A program made the translations under genes and the position numbers. Below, in pieces: positions 32,196 through 40,429 of a DNA stretch of 64,000 nt. Every line of letters begins with the position of its first letter. Within the stretch, counting starts at the first letter, position 1. Where the stretch lies: IMG/VR virus record IMGVR_UViG_3300042465_005589, positions 248,001 through 312,000 of that record; one strand, written 5' to 3'. The notes under the pieces were generated by a model, which did not search any database, was not told the origin of the DNA, and saw nothing but the letters and a program-made list of their open reading frames with translations.

Positions 32196-32684
32196 TTAGT
32201 AAACTAATATACATCTATCCATACGTAATGTTGTAGAAATAGTTGCTAAAGCATCTTGACTATACCCTAAAGCGTCAAAATTAACATCAGATAAGAAAGT
32301 CCCTTCTAATATCCATTTTTCCACAACAACACCTGTTGGGTCCAACATTTCAAGGTCAATATTCTTTTTATATCCCGCAGCATATCCCATACGTCCGGTA
32401 ACTGATTCAGCACATAAACGTACCCACTCCATAAGAGCTTGTGACGCTGACGGACCAATTGGGTCACGAAATTTAACGTTAATTGTACCCCATGTAAAAC
32501 GACCTGCAACATATGTTTCAGTGTTTAAAAATGGAATCGCAACAGGATTAATTGTTATATGTGGTCTTGCTGCCGATTCTACGAACCATTCATTAATTCC
32601 TAATGTTGAAGGAAAACGTAGAATAAACCTATTTTGTCTTTTAGGTTCGTAAGGTATGGGCATTTTCATTAATAAATCAGCCAT
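32196..32684 (-). CDS. Tail tube protein (gp19-like)
   Basis: EPKRQNRF, YVAGRFTWGTI, YKKNIDLEMLDPTGVVVEKWILEG. Confidence 0.88.
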   Translation of the reverse strand: MADLLMKMPIPYEPKRQNRFILRFPSTLGINEWFVESAARPHITINPVAIPFLNTETYVAGRFTWGTINVKFRDPIGPSASQALMEWVRLCAESVTGRMGYAAGYKKNIDLEMLDPTGVVVEKWILEGTFLSDVNFDALGYSQDALATISTTLRMDRCILVY

Positions 32685-32754
32685 TTCAAATTGTTTTTAA
32701 TTTTATTTTATTTATCTTTATTTAATAAATATCTCTATTTAAAAAATATTTATC

Positions 32755-32783
32755 TTGACTTTTAGAATTTAATTTATTATAAT
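32755..32783 (+). promoter_or_regulatory. Orphan sigma70-type promoter, antisense to the tail operon
   Basis: TTGACT-N17-TATAAT with no downstream plus-strand gene. Confidence 0.5.
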
Positions 32784-32794
32784 TATAATCCAGT

Positions 32795-32837
32795 CTAGTT
32801 TATTTAATACTAGTTTTTTTTTAACTAGTTTTTTTTT
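32795..32837. repeat. Three CTAGTTT direct repeats at 15 bp period with T tracts
   Basis: CTAGTTT at 32795, 32810 and 32825. Confidence 0.7.
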
Positions 32838-32863
32838 ATTTAATTCTATTTTATTATAAGTAT

Positions 32864-33682
32864 TTAATATTCTTTTTTTATTCCTCCTGCTGTTGAATAA
32901 GTTTTAATAATATTTTCTGGGTCTTGCTCAAAATGTTTCTTTACTACATCCACATTTTTTATGTCGTCATCTGAAAAACCTACTTTAGGAACAAAATAAT
33001 TATTTATTTTATTTTTTAAGAACGCCTTTTTTTGAATATGTTGAGACATTGCTTTAACATATTGAACAAATTCTTTTAAAGCTTTAATTTTCCCTTCTTC
33101 CGGATTTGTTGCGGAACCTTCTCCATAACTTACAGGATAAAATTTACATAAATCTAAATATTCTCTAATCATCTCCTTTTTAGAAACATTTTCTTCATCA
33201 GCTAAATCTCTATATTTTTCTAAATTTTTAACTAACTCAGTTGAATTAATTCCATTACGGTTTGATACAATATAATTATAACAAGCCTCTTTTAATACTG
33301 ATGGTGTGTGCCCTCTCGCAGTAACTATAGAAAAAATTGACCCATTATTAATTGCTTCAACAAAATCAGCCCAAGCCGGTCCCGGTTTTGCTAACATAGA
33401 ATCAACAATAAATTGTTTATCACCTTTAACCCCGAAATATCTAAAAGGGTCTTCTGAAAATCCAACAATGGTGTGTTTATCAAATTCAAATGGTTCCTTA
33501 CCTATAATTTCTCTATAAGTTGCGAAATCTTCAGTTGACATTCCAACCTCATCACCATCTTCATCTTTTAAGATTATTTTAGTTGGCATTGAAACTATAT
33601 TATCGTCCCAATCAAAAGCGTAATACTTCTCATCCGGAGCACCTTCCTCGTCAATTCCTTCAATTATTTTATTTTTTAACAT
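32864..33682 (-). CDS. HAD-superfamily phosphatase-like protein
   Basis: Motif I FDWDDN, motif II IVTARG, a Lys, and motif IV GFSDDD. Confidence 0.7.
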   Translation of the reverse strand: MLKNKIIEGIDEEGAPDEKYYAFDWDDNIVSMPTKIILKDEDGDEVGMSTEDFATYREIIGKEPFEFDKHTIVGFSEDPFRYFGVKGDKQFIVDSMLAKPGPAWADFVEAINNGSIFSIVTARGHTPSVLKEACYNYIVSNRNGINSTELVKNLEKYRDLADEENVSKKEMIREYLDLCKFYPVSYGEGSATNPEEGKIKALKEFVQYVKAMSQHIQKKAFLKNKINNYFVPKVGFSDDDIKNVDVVKKHFEQDPENIIKTYSTAGGIKKEY

Positions 33683-33700
33683 ATTTTTGTTATAAGGCTT

Positions 33701-33733
33701 AATTATGACCCACTATTACAATGGGTCATAATT
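33701..33733. terminator. Hairpin after tail sheath gene
   Basis: AATTATGACCCA-N9-TGGGTCATAATT, 12 bp stem. Confidence 0.6.
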
Positions 33734-33740
33734 TTATTAA

Positions 33741-36700
33741 TTATATATTCTCGAAAGAAGCTCCGGTTGGAGTAATATAGAACGTAATGTCTATAAATTC
33801 TAACGATTTGGTTGGTTTGATATAAATCTTACCAGTCATTTGATTTCTGTCTAAATCAGCTGCGTCAGACGAAACAGTTACACGGAAATCATAAAGACCT
33901 CTATCTCTTCTAATAGAGTCTAATATTGGGTTAACAGAATCTAAGAAATCTTGTCTTACTTTAGCATCGTTTTGTTCAAATAATAATCTAACAGAAACTG
34001 CCGATATTAATTTACGTGCTTGAAGTAATAATCTTCTTACGTTGATTCTGTCAAGAGCTGATTGTCTAACTTGAAGAGTTTTATTACCCCAAATTACAGT
34101 TCCAACATCAGAGAACGTTGCGATTGGATTTAAACGACCTTGATATAAAGTATCTCTATTCTCTTGTGTCAATTTAACTCTCGCTTTAACAGCGTTTACG
34201 ATACCTCTTGTGTAACCCGCCGCAGCGAACCAAGGAAATGCAATATTATCCGTTAACGCTAAGTTTCTTGTTACCTCAGCAGTTGCCGGTAAGTAAATCT
34301 GAGTATTGTTAACAGTATCTCTCATTAACACCCAAGGGTAATAAGTAGCGGTATAGTTAGAGTCAATACCTGAATTTGCCAAATTATCTACAGCTTCTTG
34401 TGGGTAAATAAAATCTAATTGATTACCTGTTGACGGAACATACATATTGTAGTCAGGAGTTGTACATACGTACAACGAATCCGCTCTACTATATTCAATC
34501 ATATCAATAGCACTCTCAACTAAATTAGAGTTATTAACATAATCAATACCCGGTGTTACAAACACATTGATGTTTACCGCCTCAGGATTCGCAAATGTTT
34601 GTTGACCTAATAAATAAGCGTAATAATCGGTGTTTGCCCAATCTTGAGTGTTACCAGCAACAATAATTTGTTTAAATGCTCCCCAACCTGATGCCGTAGG
34701 ATATTTGATAGTAGGACAGGAACCATTTAAATAACCTTTTCTACCTAACATAAACTCATCTTTATTTGTTCTAAATTCTCTATAGATATCCCAACCATCA
34801 AAACCACCTTTTACTAAGAATGTGAATTTACGTGCGTAAATTCTATAATAAGGGTTAAGTTCACTATCAGGGTCTGATGTAAATGGTGCGTCACCACAAA
34901 AGAATGCCGGAGTACCACTTGTTACAAATATATTTGGAATTGTAATACCACTTGCGTTTTTGTCCATGTGGAAACCTCTTGTTCTAAAATTCCAAGGATT
35001 ACCTTCAGTATCATTACAAATATCTAAAGGAAGTTGAGTTCCTTTATATTGGAAGAAATCAACATCAATACCTTCAGTATCTGAAATACCTAAATAAGTT
35101 CTTCTTACATTATCACCAGCACTTGTTGTTGAATCATCCGCTCCTGAAGCTAACCCAAACGGTGGATTATAAACTACTTCACCAGGATAATAATATTTAG
35201 ATTTAATTAATGGGAATGGTGGTCTTACACCAGCATATTCTCTATAATCGTATCCTAAGAATCCACAAGGAAGAGCATCTATTGGTGCATCCTCGTTAAT
35301 TTCAACCATAACATAACTTGACAATAAAGGATATTCTCCATCTAAACTACCAATTTTTTTACCAACAAATGAATTATCTTGAGGGTTCATACTACAATTA
35401 GTGTATTTTTCAAGAACAACAGGTGATGAATCAGTATCAAAGAAATCTCTAATTAATACATCAAAAGTACCATTGTTAAATGACATATTTGCAATTGATA
35501 TTTTAATATCAATATTTGCTGAATCACCATCTGCAATAGTTGTAAATTTAAATAAGTTATAAACTTTATTACCTCTTAATTCTGAAACAACCCACGGAGA
35601 AACCGGTGATTGGAATTTTTCTAAGTAAAAAGCTATTGATGTTGGGTCAATCGATTGACGAGCATCAGGTAAAGCTGTTAATTCACAATTTAAACCTCTA
35701 ATATAACCCATTCTCCAAGCATTCGTTAATAAAGCTTGGAATCTTTCTTCAACAAATAATGGAACTACTGTTCTTGGTTTTGAGAAGTTAGTTGAACCAA
35801 ACACTTTACTAATATATTTTGAATCTGAATTTGATAATGATGTTTCAAAGAAATATTGGTCACCATCTTTACTTGTAATATTAACACCAAAAGTTGAAAA
35901 TGGGTTCTTAGTTACACCTGAATATGTCCCGGTACAATCTAAACTAACATCCGTTAAACCCGAAACTTCATAAACAGGTCCATTTTCCAAACCATATGTT
36001 GACAATCCTCTTGAACGAAGTGTTGCAACAACTAAGTCATCATAATCTGTATATGCCGTACCCGAATAAATATAAATCACCCCAATCAATGTACCTGTAT
36101 AACAATTAACAGGTTTTGCTGTTGTTGTTGACGTAGTTGATGTTGATGTTGTTGTTGTACAAGGGTTTGTTGTTGATGTCGTCGTTGAAGTTGATGTTGT
36201 TGTTGTAATTATTGGTGTCAATGTTAATCCTGTAACAACAGACCAAAATGAAAATCCTGTATAAGAAGCATTACCAACATTATCAAATAATGAGTAATAC
36301 CAAGGGTCATTTTGAGGTGCTGAATAATTACATAAATTTGAACTTACATTATCCACTCCGTAAACATTAGTTTCACCAGTATATACTGAACTTAAACCCG
36401 AATAAACACTAGTTGGTATTGCACCATAATAATTAATTGAAGTGTCTTCTTTAGCCGGTGTTGAAACGATATCAAAAATTTGACTTGACATATCATCAAA
36501 CAATGTTGACATTGAACCATCAAATTGTTCGTAAGGTTCATACAAAATTGAAGATATTTCAGATGGTAAACTAGATGTGTTTGTAAAACTAACAGTGTTA
36601 ATACTATTAGTACACGCTGAAAATTCAACAGAATAGTTTATAGTTTTAAAGTCTATACATTCAGTAACACAATTAACTGTAGTTGCACTTTCACAAAAGA

Positions 36701-37067
36701 AATCAACCGTTGTCGGGTTAACATTCGCTTTTGTGGTGATAGACCAAGATGGTCCTGCGTCGTAACCAGATAATCCTAACACTCTTGTTACGAATAATTG
36801 GTTAGATTGTTGTAAGTATGATTTAGCAATATAAGCCGCTTCGTACTTTGGAATTTGTGTATTTATAAATTTTTCTGGAGAAGTTCCACCGAAGAAATTT
36901 GTGAATTCATCAAAATTTCGTATAAAGATAGGCTCGAAAGCGGGACCTTTTAAGGTCTCACCCACAATACCCAACGTGGTAACTCCCACACTTTGTGCTA
37001 CGAAACTTAAATCAACTTCAGAAGTATATACTCCGGGAGATACGAATACTTTTTGATTTGATGCCAT
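33741..37067 (-). CDS. Contractile tail sheath protein (gp18-like) with Thr/Cys-rich insertion
   Basis: FVSPGVYTSEVD, PWFAAAGYTRG, WGNKTLQ, LDRINVRRLL, IKPTKSLEFI. Start moved to MASNQKVF at 37067. Confidence 0.95.
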   Translation of the reverse strand: MASNQKVFVSPGVYTSEVDLSFVAQSVGVTTLGIVGETLKGPAFEPIFIRNFDEFTNFFGGTSPEKFINTQIPKYEAAYIAKSYLQQSNQLFVTRVLGLSGYDAGPSWSITTKANVNPTTVDFFCESATTVNCVTECIDFKTINYSVEFSACTNSINTVSFTNTSSLPSEISSILYEPYEQFDGSMSTLFDDMSSQIFDIVSTPAKEDTSINYYGAIPTSVYSGLSSVYTGETNVYGVDNVSSNLCNYSAPQNDPWYYSLFDNVGNASYTGFSFWSVVTGLTLTPIITTTTSTSTTTSTTNPCTTTTSTSTTSTTTAKPVNCYTGTLIGVIYIYSGTAYTDYDDLVVATLRSRGLSTYGLENGPVYEVSGLTDVSLDCTGTYSGVTKNPFSTFGVNITSKDGDQYFFETSLSNSDSKYISKVFGSTNFSKPRTVVPLFVEERFQALLTNAWRMGYIRGLNCELTALPDARQSIDPTSIAFYLEKFQSPVSPWVVSELRGNKVYNLFKFTTIADGDSANIDIKISIANMSFNNGTFDVLIRDFFDTDSSPVVLEKYTNCSMNPQDNSFVGKKIGSLDGEYPLLSSYVMVEINEDAPIDALPCGFLGYDYREYAGVRPPFPLIKSKYYYPGEVVYNPPFGLASGADDSTTSAGDNVRRTYLGISDTEGIDVDFFQYKGTQLPLDICNDTEGNPWNFRTRGFHMDKNASGITIPNIFVTSGTPAFFCGDAPFTSDPDSELNPYYRIYARKFTFLVKGGFDGWDIYREFRTNKDEFMLGRKGYLNGSCPTIKYPTASGWGAFKQIIVAGNTQDWANTDYYAYLLGQQTFANPEAVNINVFVTPGIDYVNNSNLVESAIDMIEYSRADSLYVCTTPDYNMYVPSTGNQLDFIYPQEAVDNLANSGIDSNYTATYYPWVLMRDTVNNTQIYLPATAEVTRNLALTDNIAFPWFAAAGYTRGIVNAVKARVKLTQENRDTLYQGRLNPIATFSDVGTVIWGNKTLQVRQSALDRINVRRLLLQARKLISAVSVRLLFEQNDAKVRQDFLDSVNPILDSIRRDRGLYDFRVTVSSDAADLDRNQMTGKIYIKPTKSLEFIDITFYITPTGASFENI

Positions 37068-37161
37068 TAGTTTGTCTTTTTTATTTGTAAATTTATTTTT
37101 ATTGATAAATATTATAAAAAAAACCAAAATACTTTACTTCATAAGAAGTATTTATAAATTA

Positions 37162-37190
37162 GGTAGAATAAATTCTGCCTTTATTCTACC
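37162..37190. promoter_or_regulatory. Operator-like 11 bp inverted repeat abutting the RHH gene start
   Basis: GGTAGAATAAA-TTCTGCC-TTTATTCTACC immediately before ATG 37191. Confidence 0.6.
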
Positions 37191-37355
37191 ATGGCAGACA
37201 ACGAAAAAAAGATAAAGAACCTAAAGATATCAATTGAGGTTCATAACGTCCTAAAGACCTATTGCGAAAAGAGGGGTATCAAAATGTATCGTTTTTTAGA
37301 AAGAATGATTGTTGAGAATTGTAAAGAAAAGAAGGATATATACGGCGAGAATTAA
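37191..37355 (+). CDS. Small ribbon-helix-helix (CopG/Arc-like) regulator, 54 aa
   Basis: Not in the track. MADNEKKIKNLKISIEVHNVLKTYCEKRGIKMYRFLERMIVENCKEKKDIYGEN*; TATTTAT at 37149. Confidence 0.75.
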   Translation: MADNEKKIKNLKISIEVHNVLKTYCEKRGIKMYRFLERMIVENCKEKKDIYGEN

Positions 37356-38389
37356 ACTAATTGGTTTTCTAACACAATTGAACCCTCTTGAGTATCATTA
37401 GATTTAACTACTATAATTTTTAAAACATCATTGGTATTGATTTGTATTTGATACAAATCTGACCCATAATATTGATTATTAATGTACACATCAAACGAAT
37501 CTATATTAGTTGTTTCACCTAAATTTAAATCAACAGTATAATCAAAAACTTGTGAAATAATATTATTTCCAACAACGAATAAAATATTTGTTGATGTAGA
37601 TTCATCGGCAATATTTTTTCTTCTTCCACGCATGAACGATTCTTTTTCAAATTCAATAACAGTTAAAACTCTTGAAACCGCCGGAGCAACTTCAAATTCA
37701 TTTTCATCAATTAAGAATCCTAACATTGTAAAATCATAACTTTGAATATAATATTTTCTTTTATCAATATTCATAACTGACTCATCAGTAATGTTATTCA
37801 TGATGATTGGAATATAATGACCTTTGATAGTTGTATATGCTTGACGAGAGGAAAACATTTCAAGAATATTTTTATTAAACTCGTTTAATTCTCTCATTCT
37901 ATTACAAATTATTTTAACACTATATGTAATATCAACAGGTACCGGTTGAGGTATTTTATAAATATCCATACCATTTCTATTACCATCCCACGTTGGTACT
38001 TGAGCATAAAAATATTGTTTTCTATTTGGTATGTTATATAGTAATGCAGGGTTAGTACCAAATTTAACTTCGGGATTTCTAACAACCGTAATAAATGGGG
38101 GTGAGACATTAGAATCCAAATCTTGAAAATTCCAAGTTTCAGTAAATTGAGACCAATTTTGAGCCGTTATTAAAATATCAATTGATGGTATAACATTACC
38201 ATCCACAATAGTCTGTAATTCATTCTGAACAAAGTTTAACATTCCCCCATCCAAATCGGCATGTAAAATGGACTTAGGTAAATAAGTTCCGTCTTTATTA
38301 ATTTTCTCCAACAACTCTTCTCTTCGTGGATATAGAGTTTTTGGAAACGTTAAGGGAATTGTTTTCTTTATTTTGTTTGGTAAACCCAT
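37352..38389 (-). CDS. Tail terminator / sheath stabiliser (gp15-like)
   Basis: PPFITVVR and PQPVPVDITYSVKII motifs; upstream of sheath. Confidence 0.7.
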   Translation of the reverse strand: MGLPNKIKKTIPLTFPKTLYPRREELLEKINKDGTYLPKSILHADLDGGMLNFVQNELQTIVDGNVIPSIDILITAQNWSQFTETWNFQDLDSNVSPPFITVVRNPEVKFGTNPALLYNIPNRKQYFYAQVPTWDGNRNGMDIYKIPQPVPVDITYSVKIICNRMRELNEFNKNILEMFSSRQAYTTIKGHYIPIIMNNITDESVMNIDKRKYYIQSYDFTMLGFLIDENEFEVAPAVSRVLTVIEFEKESFMRGRRKNIADESTSTNILFVVGNNIISQVFDYTVDLNLGETTNIDSFDVYINNQYYGSDLYQIQINTNDVLKIIVVKSNDTQEGSIVLENQLV

Positions 38390-38390
38390 T

Positions 38391-38837
38391 TTATTGTTTT
38401 GTTATAAATATTTTGTTTCTTGAATTTATCATTTCTACTTCACCGGCACGGTATATTGGTTCTTCGGTGTCTTTCATAACATAAGAATTATATTTGTAAG
38501 GGTTATAGGTTACAATATTATTATTAGGTTCACTTGGTAAATTTTCACAAGGGAACTTACAATAATCCATTAATGTTCCAATCACAAATGAATGAACATT
38601 CTTTCTTTTTTCTTTTATAACCTTTTCTCTACCTCCCGGTCTAACTCTAAATTCAACGTCAGATAATTTAACATAGTCACAATGATTAACAACTAATCCT
38701 TTATAGATAATTGAGAATGTCTGTTTATGTAAGTTATAATAAATCATAACTTTTTTACCTATGTAATCATTTTCTTCTTCATCTGAAAAATTTTCAAATA
38801 TTCTTCTATATTGATTTTCGTTAATTATAATTTTCAT
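38391..38837 (-). CDS. Hypothetical phage protein with MKIIINE leader
   Basis: Probable start MKIIINENQ at 38837; YYNLHK...KEKRKNVHSFV domain typical of phage hypotheticals. Confidence 0.65.
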   Translation of the reverse strand: MKIIINENQYRRIFENFSDEEENDYIGKKVMIYYNLHKQTFSIIYKGLVVNHCDYVKLSDVEFRVRPGGREKVIKEKRKNVHSFVIGTLMDYCKFPCENLPSEPNNNIVTYNPYKYNSYVMKDTEEPIYRAGEVEMINSRNKIFITKQ

Positions 38838-39240
38838 AATTGTAATATGTTGACACGGTTTTAACCGGTAATTTAAAATTATCTTCAAACCATCTTTTCA
38901 TTGGTTCTTCCCAATGGTTACCAAACATAGTATCTAAATTTTCTCCATATTCACCCATAACCTCTAAAACAGGTGCTTTTTCTCTAAAAGGTTTTTGTGC
39001 AACATCATTTTCATCATAGAAATCAACATCAAAATAATGAAAAACGACATCTGAATCATATTCACCTTGCCAATCACCTTTAAAGAAAATTAAAAAATTC
39101 TCATTATATTTGTCCATATCAGAATCGTCATCATCTTCATCTATACCATAAACCCAATCCATTTCATTTGGGTTAAAGGTTTTATCCAAATATTTATAGA
39201 TTGTTTCAAATACTCTATTCTCTGTTATTATTACTTTCAT
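38821..39240 (-). CDS. Acidic hypothetical protein with MKVIITE leader
   Basis: ORF track; overlaps its neighbours; shared leader. Confidence 0.65.
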   Translation of the reverse strand: MKVIITENRVFETIYKYLDKTFNPNEMDWVYGIDEDDDDSDMDKYNENFLIFFKGDWQGEYDSDVVFHYFDVDFYDENDVAQKPFREKAPVLEVMGEYGENLDTMFGNHWEEPMKRWFEDNFKLPVKTVSTYYNYENYN

Positions 39241-39542
39241 ATTTCATTTACTCTATAAAAGGCTTTTGCTCTAAACCCAAATTTATTATTACACCAATTC
39301 AATAAAATTTTTCCCGTTTCTTCATAATCTAAACTAAACACCTCACTAATAAAATCCCATAATTCATTAACAATATATAATTGTTTCCCTCTCAAATTAT
39401 ACATAATTTTAAACAATCCATTTTTGGATAAATAAATTTCTCTAAATTCAGTACGATTAAATCTTTCTAAATCACTATAATTTTTATTTAACCAATTTGT
39501 TATAATTGAATTTAATTTATTTTCTGTAATAATTACTTTCAT
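39237..39542 (-). CDS. Hypothetical protein with MKVIITE leader
   Basis: ORF track; ATGA and TAATG couplings; shared leader. Confidence 0.65.
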   Translation of the reverse strand: MKVIITENKLNSIITNWLNKNYSDLERFNRTEFREIYLSKNGLFKIMYNLRGKQLYIVNELWDFISEVFSLDYEETGKILLNWCNNKFGFRAKAFYRVNEI

Positions 39543-40057
39543 TATAATCCTCTAAATTCATTCTCCGTTACCGGAGTCGCTACATATGATTTATAAAATG
39601 GTTTGTAACCGGCATATGTGTGTTTATTATCTGAATTAATTCTTCCATCATCGCTAACCACATAATATCTAACTTTGGTTTCAGTTTCATAATAACCAAT
39701 ATAGTCACCATAATTAATTTGAATACCCAAATCATTAAGTTGTGCGGCATAAATTGAGAATTTCATATTACCAGGTTCTGATTGAGTAATTTTAGAGTTA
39801 CCTAAATATTTGGTCTCAGGTGGGAGTATTTGAACATAAGCTTTAATTTCAATTGGTGGTAAATATTTAATACCATCAGTCATAACCTCACCATAAACAT
39901 CATCTGTTTTAGTTTTTAATCTATCTATCTTATATAGTACTAACGTAAAGTTCATATCACCATATAACCATTCCTCCCCCATAGAGATGTCTAAGTCGTA
40001 ATCCTCCGCTCCGAAGAACTTACCTATTCGTGTAATTGGTACTAATTGTCTGCTCAT
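39542..40057 (-). CDS. Neck / head-closure protein (gp14-like)
   Basis: DDVYGE..PPIEIKAYV..GDYI pattern; probable start MSRQLVP at 40057. Confidence 0.6.
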   Translation of the reverse strand: MSRQLVPITRIGKFFGAEDYDLDISMGEEWLYGDMNFTLVLYKIDRLKTKTDDVYGEVMTDGIKYLPPIEIKAYVQILPPETKYLGNSKITQSEPGNMKFSIYAAQLNDLGIQINYGDYIGYYETETKVRYYVVSDDGRINSDNKHTYAGYKPFYKSYVATPVTENEFRGL

Positions 40058-40379
40058 CTTGATATTTTTTTTGTCTTTCGTAATATGATTCCGATTGAAT
40101 ACTTGAATCATTGATTATAACTCTAACATCAAAATAATCTTTTATTGTTTTAGTAATCTCAGTGTTCCATGATTTTCTATTAAAATCTGAATTTCTCATA
40201 TTTGAACTTCGTAAATATTCGCTATCATCAGGGACAACATATGTTACCCTCATATAATATTCGTCACCAGTATCATCAGTAGGTCTTAATTCATAAATAA
40301 GTTCAGACACACCATTAGGTTTAATGTGCTTTATCATTTTATTTATTAATCTTTCTAATGTTTCTTGTTCCATTCTCAT
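40020..40379 (-). CDS. Hypothetical protein
   Basis: 119 aa ORF after a TATTTAT motif; overlaps the gp14-like start by 38 nt. Confidence 0.6.
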   Translation of the reverse strand: MRMEQETLERLINKMIKHIKPNGVSELIYELRPTDDTGDEYYMRVTYVVPDDSEYLRSSNMRNSDFNRKSWNTEITKTIKDYFDVRVIINDSSIQSESYYERQKKYQDEQTISTNYTNR

Positions 40380-40382
40380 ATA

Positions 40383-40411
40383 TTGATAAATATTAAATAA
40401 TTTATTATATT
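40383..40411 (+). promoter_or_regulatory. Sigma70-type promoter for the SNF2 helicase, overlapping the divergent TATTTAT motif
   Basis: TTGATA-N17-TATATT. Confidence 0.5.
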
Positions 40412-40429
40412 TCTATTAAAAGATTAAAT

